64,000 nt of DNA, taken from the NCBI RefSeq assembly GCF_009914755.1, contig NC_060936.1, one strand, 5' to 3'. Made by a program: the position numbers and the translations under genes. The notes below the pieces were generated by a model that was given only the letters and a program-made list of their open reading frames with translations, did no database searches and was not told where the DNA came from. This document shows, piece after piece, positions 14,041 through 27,800 of this stretch (its first letter is position 1; the number at the start of each line of letters is the position of its first letter). This stretch comes from the human T2T-CHM13v2.0 reference genome, Homo sapiens.

Positions 14041-15141
14041 TTATCTCATATTGTCACTAATGAGCCAAGTATGTATTTTCTTAGGGTAATTCTGAATCTA
14101 AGTTGTATCACCCAACCAAGCATTGACTCTCTCATAAAGCTGATTAAGTTTTCCTTCTATGTTTTCATCCACACAGTAGATTAAGACATTAATAGGCATT
14201 AATTTGAAAAGCATCAAGAACAAAAACTTGTGTCGTAATGCTACTTCTCATATGGTTGTGAAATTAGGGTGCAATAGCTCAATTTATTTTAATTATTGAT
14301 GGTGGGATAATGAATATAAATATACCAGTCTTGTGTGTTTTCTTCGATTCAGCTTATGGAAACCACCATGTCTCTTCCTATCTGTTATTCATTCCCTAAC
14401 CTATCAAAACACCATACTTAGGGATACTGTGGGATCCTACTCTTTAATAATGATAAAATCCATTGATTGTGTAATTATTGGCTACCACACACTGTACTAG
14501 GTAGCTGCACATACATGATATTTAATTAGCAGGATCAGTGCAAGACTGGTGGTATTAGTCCATTATTTTAAACTAAAAAATACAATTTTAGAGAAGGGAA
14601 AAATAGGTAGCCAAGTTGGGATTCAAACTTTGGTCAATTTGACCACAACACTACTCTATGAACTTAGCTTCTGTCTCTGATCTGACAGAATGTCTCACGG
14701 TGACCTTTCCCACATAGCCCTCTTGGGAGGCATTGTGGTGAAAATTCCCATTCCCTTCAAAAAATAATTCTCACTGGGGACCAGGAGCACTTGAACAGTA
14801 GATGGATAAACTCCAAATATTTCTCCTATCTTGATTATATCTTTAAGTTCATAAGACAAAAAAATCTCTTTATAAAGATAATAATGAAAGTAGGAGAAAA
14901 TGAGAGATAATCAAGAAGCAAATAAAATTTGTGACCTAAGTTTCTCAAAATTTTAAAAATTGTGAACCATCTAATGGCTATAGGTACTTATATTGGTTAC
15001 AAATTTCATATAAGTTTTCAAAGATGTATCACAGTTTATACAACATAGTTTTAAAACATTTTGTTTTACAGCAATTAAAGGATTGATACTGCTTATAACC
15101 TTTTGCCAAAGTAGATTTGGTTTGATCATTGTGTATCAATG

Positions 15142-15530
15142 TGTGTCAGGAGAGCCTGGGTAATGCTGATGTACAATAATCTCTAAGTCTTGGAGATTTA
15201 GAGTAACAAAGATTTATTTCTTGCTCAGACTACATGTTCATAAAAGGTTATCTAGAGTCTCTATTTTTTATTTTCTCGTTCTTAAACCAGACTGATTGAT
15301 AATTTATCATATAAAACATTACTAGTCGTCTAGCAAAAGGAAGAGAACATGGCAAATCATTTACTTATTCATAGGCTCCCATGAAGAAGTGGAACATATA
15401 GCTTCTTCCACTCACATGTGATTGGCTAAAGCAGTTATCATAACCATAGATAGCTTTAGATAGGACGGAGAAATTCAACTGTAGCATGCACAAAGAAGTA
15501 GAGAACTGACCCAGTTTTGAAATCCTATTA
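15142..15530 (-). mobile_element. old MaLR LTR (MLT1J/K-like)
   Basis: aacaaagatttatttcttgctca and cactcacatgtgattggctaaagcagt are typical of old MLT1. Boundaries approximate. Confidence 0.55.
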
Positions 15531-17739
15531 TCACAAAATGACAGTCATTCCATATAGGGTTGATTTATTTTCTTATTCTATACTTCTACTACTTTAGAAA
15601 ATACTAACATTCAATTTGGTGATTAGCCAAAGAAGGCAGTTCTTGGTGATTATGACATTGTGTTCTGCGTTTTTGCTTCAAACCTGCAAATAGCAGTTAT
15701 AAATGTGAGAGTAAGTCCTTACAACAGACCACTGTTAGCAGCACATCATCCTCCAGGTCAATGAGCACATCATCCTGAAAAGCAGGAGCATGAATATTTT
15801 ACAACTTGGAAGATGATGATAGTACATAGATTTTTAATTTTTTTATTACTTTGGTTGCCACAAGAATTCCTTTGTACTCTGTATTCTTTGTATTGTTTGT
15901 ATTAGATGTCTCCTTAAAATATGATCACTTATACATTTATTGATTTCTTTCTCTGAGGTGCAAAGAACATGAAGTTTTGGGGCAAAGTCTAATTCTTGAC
16001 AATTGAGCTATTTGCACTGCAATTCAGTTGTCTTCGGGAATTCTCTTATTAAAAAATCAACATTTCATAATCATCATATTTCAACTCTATTAATAAGTTT
16101 AGGCTAATCTAGCTAATTAATACAGCATGAAGCTAAAGCTTGAAGTCACTTGAAATCAGGGAAATGATCTTTACTGAGAATATCGGTACCATAAAATATT
16201 TATTTCATCTCTCATTCAAAAACTTGTGTAAATGTGCTCTTATCAGCCAGCACATCTCATTATAGAAAAGTAGTATCATGTGTCAGCCCATTTCTCTGCC
16301 ATGTTCTTTAAAATCACTTGCACTGATTAGATGCAATTTAAATATTGATCAGGGGTCTTTAGAGATCCTTCAGCAATAAAACATGACTAAGAAAAGTGTT
16401 GCTTACCACTATCTGTATTCTGTGAATGAAGATGTGTGAGGATTTGCATTCAAGTGTAAGTTATTTCTTGATAGAGGAATGCCTTTCTTAGTTGTGTATG
16501 TAGATGGTCTTCATTCAGTACTGATCTCAGCATATATTTTCATGCTTTCTTACAGGTTATAGAAAAAAATAGTTAAGGGAGCTTCAAATCTCTTTTAAGG
16601 CCATCTATTTCTAGTTAAAAAAATAAAATTTTATCAAACTATTCTCTTCATACAGGTGCTGCACATATGCCAGGAGCTGATTCAGTGGTTTCATCCAAAT
16701 GTAAAGCAAAATATGGAATTATTTCAACATATAATAATAACTACTGTTACACTTATGTAAGGCAATAAAAATATTTTTGGCAAAAGCTTGTCCTGCTTTC
16801 TTTTTTGAGCATAATTTATGTTTTACAATCTTGTTGGCAAAAGTGTGACCTGTGTCTGTTTTTGCTCTGGTGAGTGCAACTAAGAATGATGCCACTGTCA
16901 TTTTTGTTCTTTTCTCTGTTTTGCATGACAACATTAATAACTTTCACAAGGAAAAGTATTAACTAGCAAATATTTCTGAAAAACTCAGATAACCACAAAG
17001 ATTCTGAGCATTATTTGAATAAAAAACTAAAACTTCAAAGTTTTTTTTTTTGCCAATATTACAATCAGTACCCAAGACACCAGAAGAGGAAGTATTCTAG
17101 GCTCACTATAATGCAACTTCGAGACATTTATTATCATACTTTATAGCTGCAATTTTCTTTACTGGCATTTGGTTTCACCTGCCTGGCAACATGCATTCAT
17201 ATTTTATATTTTAATTGAAGACCTTTTCACTAGAAAGATTCATAATATTATTCAGAATTGTTGTTTATATATTGCTACTATTATTATTTCCCACAGTAAA
17301 TGTAAATCAACACAATAAGAATAATAAAGAAAATTCCAAACTTAGCAAATATAAACCATAACATATGAATGGCATAAAATGTTAGCCAAGATGAAGTAAT
17401 CTTTTACACTTCCTGTATAACGTGCATTGCCTTTAAGAACAAAATTATTACTAAGGACTTTACTGTGAATATAAAATTAATCTTACTAGTTCAAATTTAT
17501 AAAAATGTAAGGTAGATAAATTACATCATCTGCTTTCCCTGTGAAAATGTCAAACTGTCTATGGATCAGTTATAGACTTCTATGGACTACCAATGACACA
17601 CATACCCACTTTACCATAGGAAGAGTTTGTTAGATGTATTTATAATGCCTATACAAAGCCCTCATATTTATTTTCCATTTTAATTTCATTCTCATTTTCC
17701 TTAGCAAATTCTAGAATAAAAAAGGCTGGTGTGTTTATT

Positions 17740-18640
17740 TGAACAGATATCCATAACACATTTACATTTCCAGACCCAACTTCTCCCCCAGCCTTCAGAC
17801 TTAGATGCCTGTTAGACATCTCTGCTTGGATATCTCAAAAGCATCATCAACTTACTATGTCCGTAACAGAGCTCCTGGATAGTCTTCTGCAAAACTAGTC
17901 CACCTTATTATAACATCATTCATTCAATTGTTCAAGCCCAAACCTAAGATTCAATAGAGTCTTCTTTCTTTGACATCCCATATCACCATCTAGTTCATTA
18001 ATAATTTCTGTTGACTTTGCTCTCAAAAATATATATCTGGAATCAGACAGCTTCCCATTTCGCAGTGCTGCCACCTTTGTCCAAGTTGCTATCATCTTAT
18101 CTGTCACTCAATCTACTCACTACTTTTTCACTAGTCTCTCTTTGTTTCTACTTTTGTACTCACACTTGTAGTCTCATCACAGCATCCAAACACACATTTT
18201 CAAAAGAAAATAAAATCAGGTCAGAACTCTCCAGAGGCTTCCTACCATGCTTAGAAGGAAATCCAATGTTCTTACTACATGGCCTGCCAGGCCTATGTGT
18301 TCTGCTCTCCAGCTACCTCTATGGAGCCTACCTTGCTTATTCTACTGCACACACATTAGCTTTCGGTTTTTGCACTTGTGATTTCTTCTGCCTGGAACAC
18401 TATGACCCCTGATATTTCTGTGACTGTTCCATTACTTAATTAGCTTTTATTGCTGATCATATTAAATAATAGAGCTTCAACATGACCCCTCTAATCCTGC
18501 TTTATTTCTCTCCAGTCTTGTCACTCTGATATTGTATTGTATATTTATTTATCATAGTTTTCTCCCACTAGACTGTGAGTTCCATGGTGGTAGAGACTTT
18601 GAATTCATCATAAGCCACATACTCAATGAGCAGAGGTATA
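17740..18640 (+). mobile_element. L2 3' fragment
   Basis: gacatctctgcttggatatctc, gcacttgtgatttcttctgcctggaac, cccactagactgtgagttccatg. Confidence 0.8.
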
Positions 18641-20086
18641 TATTTGATGTATCCTATCCTGTGGTTACTTCTGTGGAAAGCAGAATTCTAAGGCATAGAA
18701 GAGATGGTAGAATCTCTAAAAAGGAAAAAAAATTGGTCATCAAATTTCGGGGGAATGGCACTCTGTGAAGGAAGAAAACAGAGTATGCGAAATTTGGCCT
18801 TGGTCTACAGAGTGAGCACAGGAGTGACAACCATAATCAAGAGGACGCTCATGCAGTTTTGAGATATTTTATACCTTTCCCACTGAGGGGAAGCTAATGC
18901 CAAAGAATCCGTATGCTGAGAAATTTCCTTACAGCCTTCAATCAAATTCATAGGTTAAAACTTAGAGACGTTATTATGGTTATGTACTTAGGTTGTGTGC
19001 AATATTAACAAAAATTAAATAGTGAACACTTCACCTGATAAATATTTAGCACAAGCACAGCATAAGTCAACACATTCCAGCAAAGGTCAAATTTTACATG
19101 TATTGCATAGGCACCAGTTTAAATCTGTAGTGAGAAGTTTTGTATGTCTTTATCTTGGTCTTTCCTGCCTAGCGACTAAACTAGTATTGTTGAGGCAAAA
19201 GAATATACATTAGCCACAAGAAGAGTTGTAAAGAGAAAGGTGGAGTAACACAAGCATTCATTGGAGGTGCCTGCTCTACGCTACAATAAACTCTGTAGGT
19301 AGCCATTGGTTTCAACTGACTTTGGAGGGAATAACAGGAGGTAATTCATCACTGAGGATTTTGGCAGGGTAAATGGATTTATGGACTTTAGGTTCTAACT
19401 AATGAATTATTACCTGGTTCCTGACGGGGAAGGAGTAATGGGTTACCAGGTAAAACAATATAGCTTGTAGATCTCAAGTGGCTTCTTTTGTAACCAATTA
19501 AATTCATTAGTTGAATGGTCCATCCCACCACAAGTCAATACAAAATTCAAATAGTCATTTCAACATACTTGTTTCACCTTAGTCTTCTTGAAACCATTAG
19601 TCAAGAAAGGATTACAATGTAGATTTGCTAGAAAGGCATACCAGCCTATCTGTATATTTTCCATTGCCTTAGACAGTAATGTTTAGTCAGTAGGAGGTTA
19701 CTACTTCAGATTTACCTGGGAGAGAATTAGTTAGATGTTCTTTTTAGACAAACTCAGCCCCCATTAATGATAACTATTTCTACCTGAATTTCTAGGTGGC
19801 TTCATGTGACCACTAAATAGCATAGACTACATGCAACAGTCACCTGCTAGGCAGTCCCTTCATTGGTACCAGAAGATCAACATTTGGTTTTATATGAATG
19901 TATAAATCCTGGCTGGATCTAATTTAGCAGGCTAAATTATATTTTATCATCTGTCCAAGTAGCTAAAAACAGAAAATTAAAATGTAGTTCCAATCTTAAC
20001 AATTTCAACTGTTTGTGTAGAGAAGACATGTTTTCTATGAAGAAGACATATGGCTGAATTTAGTTATTAAAATTTTAGTGCCATAC

Positions 20087-20205
20087 CTCTCGAATAGCTG
20101 TACAAAACTCACTCTGAAGCACTTTTTTGAGGGATTGTAGCTTGTGCACTGGTACTTCTCCAGATTCCTGTAGTTTTTCCAGTAATTCAATTGCTCTTGC
20201 AACAT
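20087..20205 (-). CDS. LIN7A: LIN7A coding exon 2 (119 bp, most of the L27 domain)
   Basis: Minus strand reads ttcatttttttttcattcag|ATGTTGCAAGA...ATTCGAGAG|gtatgg: polypyrimidine tract plus AG, and a GT donor. With phase-1 entry and phase-0 exit it translates to (D)[39 protein letters not shown], matching the LIN7A protein as I recall it. Confidence 0.97.
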
Positions 20206-21666
20206 CTGAATGAAAAAAAATGAAAATAGAGAAACCTAGAATAAATTGTATCTCATCAGCTGAAAGTACTATTATTCCAGTTGGATGATGACATTGAAAA
20301 GCAAGTGGACTTAAATTGCATAATCAGAACTTATATTCATAGCTTTTTGGTCTCATCTTTTGGTAAAAAGTCATTTTAATTTGTTCCACACATCTGTCAC
20401 TTCATACATTTTCTTTGATGGGATTTAATGTAATTTGTGTCATACAAATGAATTTGAATATTATGTCAGTAAAGAGTTGGACACATGTCTATTATTTATT
20501 CTGATACTCCAATAACGAAACTAATTCATCAATTTTGCCTCTGAGGTGCTTCCTTTCAGTTCAACTTTTCCTTTCCCATTTCAGTTTGTCATAGCTACAA
20601 CGTTACATGTATTACTATGATTAATGGATTGCTGTGTATCTCCGCAGTTTGCCTATAAACTTCTTGAGGGTGGGAACTTCTCTGGTTTGGTTACCATTGT
20701 ATCCTCAGGGTATGGTATATTGTAGTGATTAAAATTAATGCACTTTTTCCATTTCACTGCCATTGCATTATTTCAGGCCCTCGTCATCTCCCCTCTGTCC
20801 AATTGGAATTGTTTCTTCTCCTCCAGCCTCTTCAAATGGTCCACAAAGTTATTTTCCTAAAATAAATTCTGATCATGTGCCCATCTACCAGCCTTTAGAA
20901 CAGTACTAAGCAAGAGTTTTCAATAACAATTATTTTAAATGCTTCTCTTTCACTTAACAATATCAAAGGTTAATGTATCAAGAAACATGTAGTCTTTTAT
21001 AGACATAAAATTTAAAATTCCCTGGATTATTTCATATTGCCAAGAGAAAATAATTCAATAAAGAGTCATTTAAAAATACTTATGGGTGATCTCTTCTACC
21101 CTTGTCACTACAGTAAATAACTCACTGAAAAGCCACTTAGGCATTTATGTTATAGGACATGAGGTTTTCGATTCCTAAGTGCCTAGCTCCAGAAAGCATC
21201 CCACATCCCTGCCATCAGCTTATAAATTTATCCATTCACTCATCCATCCAGTATTTTGAGTTTCTGTTATTAATGCTTGGTGCCAGCTTAACAAGAGTAT
21301 GATACTCCCTTTCAAAGCTCGCAATCTAATGAGAAAGAAATATAATAGCACAGCCACCTTCAATAAAATTGTTAGCACCTCAGAATCTGGGTGGGGTTAG
21401 CATAGGTGTAAGTATCTAACTGAATAAAATAACAAAAAGTGACTTTGATGGGGACTGTCTTTGAAGTAGTCATTTTGACTGCCAATCGTGGGCCAAAGTA
21501 GCACAAATCATTAAATCAATGTGACACTGCCAGTTTCCAAAGTCTGTCTTTTAGTACATAAACAGGAAGTCTACATAGTCAACTGGACAAAACCAGACAC
21601 TTCCGTAATCAATAAGGTACCAAGCTGAGATTTTATGCATTTCTAACTGCAAAAGATACTCTACCT

Positions 21667-21750
21667 AGGCTGCAGTAAGCCATGATTGCACTACTGGACT
21701 CCAGCCTAGGAGACAGAGTGAGACCCTATCTCTAAAACAACAACAGAGAC
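21667..21750 (+). mobile_element. 5'-truncated old Alu (3' end of an AluJ/FLAM)
   Basis: aggctgcagtaagccatgattgcactactggactccagcctagg...ctct plus an A-rich tail. TSD core tctacctag at 21660-21668 and 21757-21765. Confidence 0.85.
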
Positions 21751-21769
21751 AAAAATTCTACCTAGATGC

Positions 21770-23150
21770 CCATGGATGCATGGAACTCTCAGAGCTCATT
21801 TTTTTTCCCCCTAAAACTCGCTCTTCTTTTCCTTTGTTCCATATTTCTAAAAATTTCTCCCCCCAAACAAGCCATCCTCTCAAGCAAAACTATGGTGTTT
21901 TTCACACTCCCCTTGCATACAGATAGTCGGCAAGTGCGGTAGATTCTATCTTGGAATTGCCTTTTGTAAAGAGCCCTATCACTCTCATGGAAGTCTTCAT
22001 CATTTCTCACTTGCAGTACTGGAACATCTCCTAACTGATCTCCTTTAAATTAGTCTTCTTTTTTCAGTCCATCTGCCACATTGCTTCCATAGTAATTATC
22101 CTGAGTGGTAAACCTAATTATTATTCTCCTGCACATCAAACCTTCCCTGGCTTCCCATTCCCTACAGAGTAAAGTTCAGAGCACTTAGGGTTACATATAA
22201 GGCCCTTAACGGCCGACTTCTTCTCGCTCATCTCAGAACACCTCCTCCTGTCCATCCTATAGTGGGGCCATCCCAAATTTTTGCTATTTCTAGGACATGC
22301 CACAGAATTCCACACCTATGTTTTGGCACATGTCATCACCTGTTCCTGAAATGCAATTCATTCATTTACGCAGTAGTGCTAGCCCTGGGCTGTGCACAGG
22401 AGACAGTGGTGAAGGAGATAGCCCCTTTCTCTTGCTTTCACGGAACTCACAGGCTTGAGGGGCAGGGGTCACAGACATGCAATAAAGTGGGTGTGTTCTA
22501 TAAATGAAGCACTACAGGATTGTCCATGGATGTATAACAAAGACATTTATCATCATCAAAGAAGTCAGGGAGGATCTATTTGTGGAAATAACTGCTAAGC
22601 AGAGTCCTAGGTAGGAGGTGTAAGTGGAGAAGGAGGGAAGAATGTTCAAGACAAAGGGAATAAATGCAGATCAAAGGCTTGTTAAGAGAGTGTGGGATAT
22701 TCAAAGAAATAAAAGGCGTTTATTATAGCTGAAGCTGAAAACAGGGTGAGAGTAGCAAGAGATGAGTGGCAAGAGATGAGGTAGACAGAAATCACATCAT
22801 GGTGGGTGTTTAAGGCCATATAAGGGCAGACTTGGCTTAAAAACCATCTCCTCAACAATGTCTTCCCTGACTCTCTGAAGCAGCTTCAGTTGCTATCATG
22901 TCTGCATTTCCATAGTTCTTTGTTCACTCATCTATTATAATAATTACTACCCTCTGTTTGCACGTACATCTCCCTCCTTTATCTCTGTGAATGTATACAA
23001 TTCTTCAGATGTCAGAAACAAAATATCTCATTCATTGCATCCACAGAATTCCACATCCCTGTGTCTTGGCACATATCATCCCATGTTCCTAAAATGCAGA
23101 ATACCTAACAAATATCAAGTGTTCAATGCATATTCGTTGAATGAATGAGG
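21770..23150. mobile_element. cluster of L2 fragments (+, -, +)
   Basis: ccttccctggcttcccatt (+); ttcattcattt...gtgctagccctggg (-); gttgaatgaatga tail (+). Confidence 0.7.
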
Positions 23151-23380
23151 GATTAATTGATGAGACTGGCTCAGGAAGGCAGGTGTTAGAGGTCTATGTC
23201 TGTGTGAACCTGTAACTTCTCATGAATCTAGAACTCCAGATTATTATCAGCCTTGGTTAAGCCTTGCTTGGATCTGGACTAGGAGAAAAAGGCAAGCCTA
23301 AATCTGCAGGCTGAAGAGAATTAGAGACTACACTGGGTGAAGTCCAGCAAAATTGAAAATGATACTATCCTGAATATTTT

Positions 23381-23930
23381 TAGTAGTTCTCAACCTGGGC
23401 TGTGCATTGAAATTATCTAGGGTGCATTTAGAAGTTATTAATGCCTGAGACCTATGACAAACAAATTAAACCAGAATCTCCAGAACAGTGGTTTTCAACC
23501 TTAACTGCACATTAAAATCAACCAGAGAGGCTTTAAAAAAACACAAATGCCTAGGTCGGTCCCACCTGGAGAATTTCTGATGTGATTGGCACAGAGTGGG
23601 GGGCTGGGCATGGGGCTTTTTAAAGCCCTTCAGGCGATGCTAAAGTGCAGCCAAGGTTGAGACCACTGCTCTAGTTTGCATGGGTAATTTTAAATCCCCT
23701 GTGTGATTCTAATATGCAGCCAGGGTTGAGAACCTCTGCTACATATTATTGGTTCTAAACACGAATGTGTTTAAGAATCACCCAGAAAAGCTTATTGAAA
23801 TGCAGATGCCTAATCCTTACCCCATTTGAGAGATGTTGATTCAGAAGGTGTGAGGATAAGACCCCGGAATATGCCTTTTAAGCACAAGTTCAAAGTGATT
23901 CTTAGTGATTGTTAGTTTACAGACCCCAGA
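23381..23930. mobile_element. MER5A/MER5B hAT MITE cluster: one copy (23486-23668) nested in another (23381-23738), and a third adjacent
   Basis: TIRs cagtggttttcaa / ttgagaccactg and tagtagttctcaa / ttgagaacctctg. Confidence 0.82.
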
Positions 23931-25312
23931 GAGAGAAAAGTGAATGAAATGATTTTTTTAGGTTTCTTTCATTCCAGAATTCCAGAAACCCTTGTACTCT
24001 CTATTATTCTTTAATACAGTGTGTAACATGGTGCTGAATGGGATTCTTTGAGGAGTTTCAGAATGATTCATAAAAGCCCACAGATGACAGCAATTAGTGC
24101 TAAGGCGGTCGTTAGCAAAGGCTGCTCATTGGAATCACCCGTGAAATTTTTCAACCTGACCTACTACCACAGACCAATTAAACCAAAATCTCTAGGAGTG
24201 GAATCTACTAAACAAGTTGTTGTTTTTTTAATTTTTGTTTTTTAGCTTCCATATGATTTCTAAGACCATCAAAAGCTGAGAAAAATATTGTTCAAAAAAG
24301 AGCCATCAAGGAAACCAGACACGTCTCCATTAAGACTTATAAAAGCTGAGCCAACCCTTTTCTATTACACCACAGGCCTTTCCCAGTCCTCATAAAAGAT
24401 CATTGGGAGATAAGAGAAAATTCAAGAATTGTTAAATCATTAATTTGACACAGTACTAGGTCTTTTGCTTCTCTTCCAACAACTAAGTAAGGAAGGCTCT
24501 GACAGAAACAATTGTAGCTAGTGGGCATGCCTGAAAGAAGGGAGGCTAGCATCTCTTTCCTCGTGGCATAGGCAATGAACTTGGTGACCTGCTTGCCCTC
24601 TCTGTCTGAGCAGAGGGAGACAGCTAAAAAGCAGTGCCCAATGGAGCCTAAACCATCTTGAGGTACCCCTTAAGCCATCTAGTGGGTACCCCTCCAAGGA
24701 AGTCTTGCAGTATAATGTCAGGGATACACAGCAGGTGGTAAAAGCCAATGGAAGTCTGAAAACCAGAAGTGGGAGAGATCAAGTTCCTCCAGCCAGGCCT
24801 AGCCGTTTTGGAAACAAATAGGTGGGAGTGATAAATGGATATGAGGCTGGAGTTTTAAACAGAATTCTGATTCCCTTACGTTCTATAAGAATATCAGAAA
24901 CCTGCAAGGCTAGGTTCCAGAAGGAAGCAAAAGAAGGCTTCGAGTCAGCAACATACTTTTATTCTTAAATCCATTGGAATAAAGTGTGTGTAGTTTATTT
25001 ATAACAGTTCCCTTAGGTTCTCGTTCAGAACCTCCTGATGCTTGTTTTATGAAACTCTTCTATCACATTTGATTAGTAACAGAGAAGTTTGCGTTTACTG
25101 GTATAACTCAGATCAAGAGGAATATTAGATAAGAACTGGGGAGGCTGCCAGGTAAGCACAAGGAAAGCAAGAAGGATTACTTTCCTAGAACCTACTCCTC
25201 CTATTGTCTGCCACCTCTGATGAATACCACTCTCCCAATGCATGAGGCAAATACTTGCATATTACACTTGCCCCTTTGCTCTCCCTCACACTCCCTCACA
25301 CTTTCATCACAC

Positions 25313-25460
25313 TTCTCAGAATGGTGCACAATTTAAAATTTATGCATTGCTTATTTCTAGAATTTTCGATTTAATAATTTTGGATTGCGATTGACTGAGG
25401 GTAACTGAAATTTTGGAAAGTGAAACCACAGAAAGCAAAACTACAGATAAGGGGATATTA
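25313..25460 (-). mobile_element. Tigger2a/MER8-type fragment
   Basis: Reverse complement of the 5' part of the copy at 53503 (gataagggg terminal motif, ggtaactgaaa). Confidence 0.75.
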
Positions 25461-26399
25461 AAAATTGAGATTAAAAAAAGAGAGGGAGAGGTGGAGCCTT
25501 AAAATCTGTTTTTTAGTACTCATCTCAGATGATTCTGATGCAGGAAGTGGTTCACAAATGCACTCTACAGATCACTGAGTTTAATACATGGTCCAGAACA
25601 AAATGAGTTAATGGCCATCATTTAGTCAGAGCTTACTTGTCTTACTTAGATCACCATGTAAAATCCTTACTATTATATCAAGAGATTACTATTATTTATA
25701 CTGCACAGTTAAAGAAAAATAAAAACAACTAAGGCTCAGAAAGATGAATCATCTGGCCCAAAGCTATACACCTAACAAATGGAGAGGCCAGAATCCAAAA
25801 CCAGCTGTGTTTGACTCCAGTGCCTGTGCTCTTGTTTATTCCTCTACCCTGCCACAGAAAAGGGATTCAAAATAAAATAATAAAGATATGGCAAATTTAG
25901 TTTTTAGATACTGCAACATGGACCATTGTGAGCTTGGGTAAACAGTTATAACACTGCCGAAAGCCTCATATTACATTATAGTATTACCAATGTGTTTATA
26001 GTGATAACAGTGGATCATTGAAAGATGATCACATCATCATCAACTGCCTGATAGTAAAGTGCCACATTGTCAAAAGACTTCCTTCAAAATAGCTGGAACA
26101 TTATAAACAAAACAAAAACAAGAATAAAATATTGGAACTTAAAAATATTAGAATTTAAAAGGGATGAGCTTACAGTGATCTAAAGGAGTTCAATTATTTT
26201 TTCATTCTCTAATGATGAGTTTTCATGAACTCGATTGACATTTAGACTGTGGAATTTGACTTATGACGCATCCAAAGCTGGAACATGGATAATGATGCAG
26301 CTGGGTCATTTAAAGTTACTGTTCACTAATTCCACAAAATGTGTTGAGCACTCAAGCTAACAATATGAATTATCTATCCCAAAGCCATCCACAACCCTC

Positions 26400-26830
26400 T
26401 AATCGCTTGCCATCTTCTACTACAGAAACTGAAAAGAGAATGCACTTCTTTTTCCAGACTCTACTGCAATTTTGCCAAGTTGTTTTAAGTGTAAAGTCAC
26501 TTGTTATGGCTTCCAGGAAGGCCTTTGAAATGGACAAACTGCTGGCATAAGCCTTCAACATTTTCATCTTTGCACCCTTCCTCTTTCCCCTTTCTTTTGA
26601 CAGATATAATGCCTTGAAGTGCCTTGGAGGTAAAACTCCCATTTTGTGATCACGAAGATAACTGCCATGTGCTAAGGATGGTGGAGTAGGAAGAAGGAAA
26701 GGACACAGGCCTAATGTCCTCACTGAGCTGTTGTACTAGCCCTGAACTGTCCAAACCCATGATTCTTGTCTGTGAGAAAAAATATATGCTTCACTATTTG
26801 GTTATCTATGGCTTTCAACCAAATACAAGC
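26400..26830 (+). mobile_element. old MaLR LTR (MLT1J-like)
   Basis: ccattttgtgatcacgaag...catgtgctaaggatggtggagtaggaaga...gtgagaaaaaata. Confidence 0.6.
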
Positions 26831-27149
26831 TAGCTGCCAGGAGAGCAGGTGACTTTAAAGGTGCTTTTCTAGGTTTCCGGGATAATATTGATGCTATAGA
26901 GACACTGGAATAACCTGTAGTGGTCTTTTGATTAAGATCGTCATGGAAGCCAATCTGGGAAAGGTCTGGAAAATGACCTTTGGACTGAGACTGGAAATGT
27001 CAGCCATGTAAAGATCCAAAGAAGGAGCATCCAGACAGGAGGACAGAAAGGGCAGAGATGCTAAAGTGAGGGAGTAAGCCTACATGTGGAAGGTCAGACA
27101 AAACCAGTGTTGGTGGAACACTGCAATCAAGGCGACAAGCGATAGTAAC

Positions 27150-27800
27150 AGTGATGTTCTGGTAAATAAATAACACTGGCTACTGACTTATTACTAGTTT
27201 TTTGAGGTGTCTAAAAATTTTACCAAATAATGTTCAGTTTAAAAATCTAATACAACGACAGTGCATGTGTACCAACAACATAAAATAAATGGTAAATAAT
27301 GCTTTGTACTTCTATCACTGCGATATGAAAGGAAACTGTCAATTTAGAAGTTACTAATGAGACATGACAATCGATGTGTCCTACTCATCTGACCCTCATC
27401 TCTGCTTTAATCTGCCAACAACTTGCTGCGTTCCTCAAATGCAGACTAATTGGCAAACCCAAAGAAGAACTGGTTCAAGTTAAATGTGTTCAAATTTTAA
27501 AAATTTACTCAGTATGCTATTGAAAATACCCAACTTTATATTTGTTATCAAAAACTAAATGATCATGGGATTTGGGACAACACTGAAGTGTATCACAAAA
27601 AAAGTCTGACAATACTAGAGTCATGAATTTATATAATGACAAAATCCTGGCATTGACTGCTCAAAGTGTTTGTCAGACCTACTGCAATGAACAATATATG
27701 ATACAAAATGAAAAACTATAGTTCTTAAGAGATTCTCTGGAGGTACTTATTTCATTTGAAATTGATTACCTACCCAATAAGCAAATCTTTAGGTATACAA
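27150..27800. mobile_element. MER63-like hAT-Blackjack remnant
   Basis: Starts cagtgatgttctggtaaat...taacactggc (MER63-type TIR). Right boundary uncertain. Confidence 0.45.

Noticed and set aside
15650-15684. Minus-strand FEAKTQNTMS* resembling the LIN7A C-terminus (TQQNHMS*)
   Set aside because: It is out of frame with exon 2 (GTT TGA in phase 0) and too short to distinguish from chance.
16400-16625. Apparent acceptor and donor pair (~205 nt) on the minus strand
   Set aside because: There are stops in all frames and no other support. It cannot be told apart from a background pseudo-exon.
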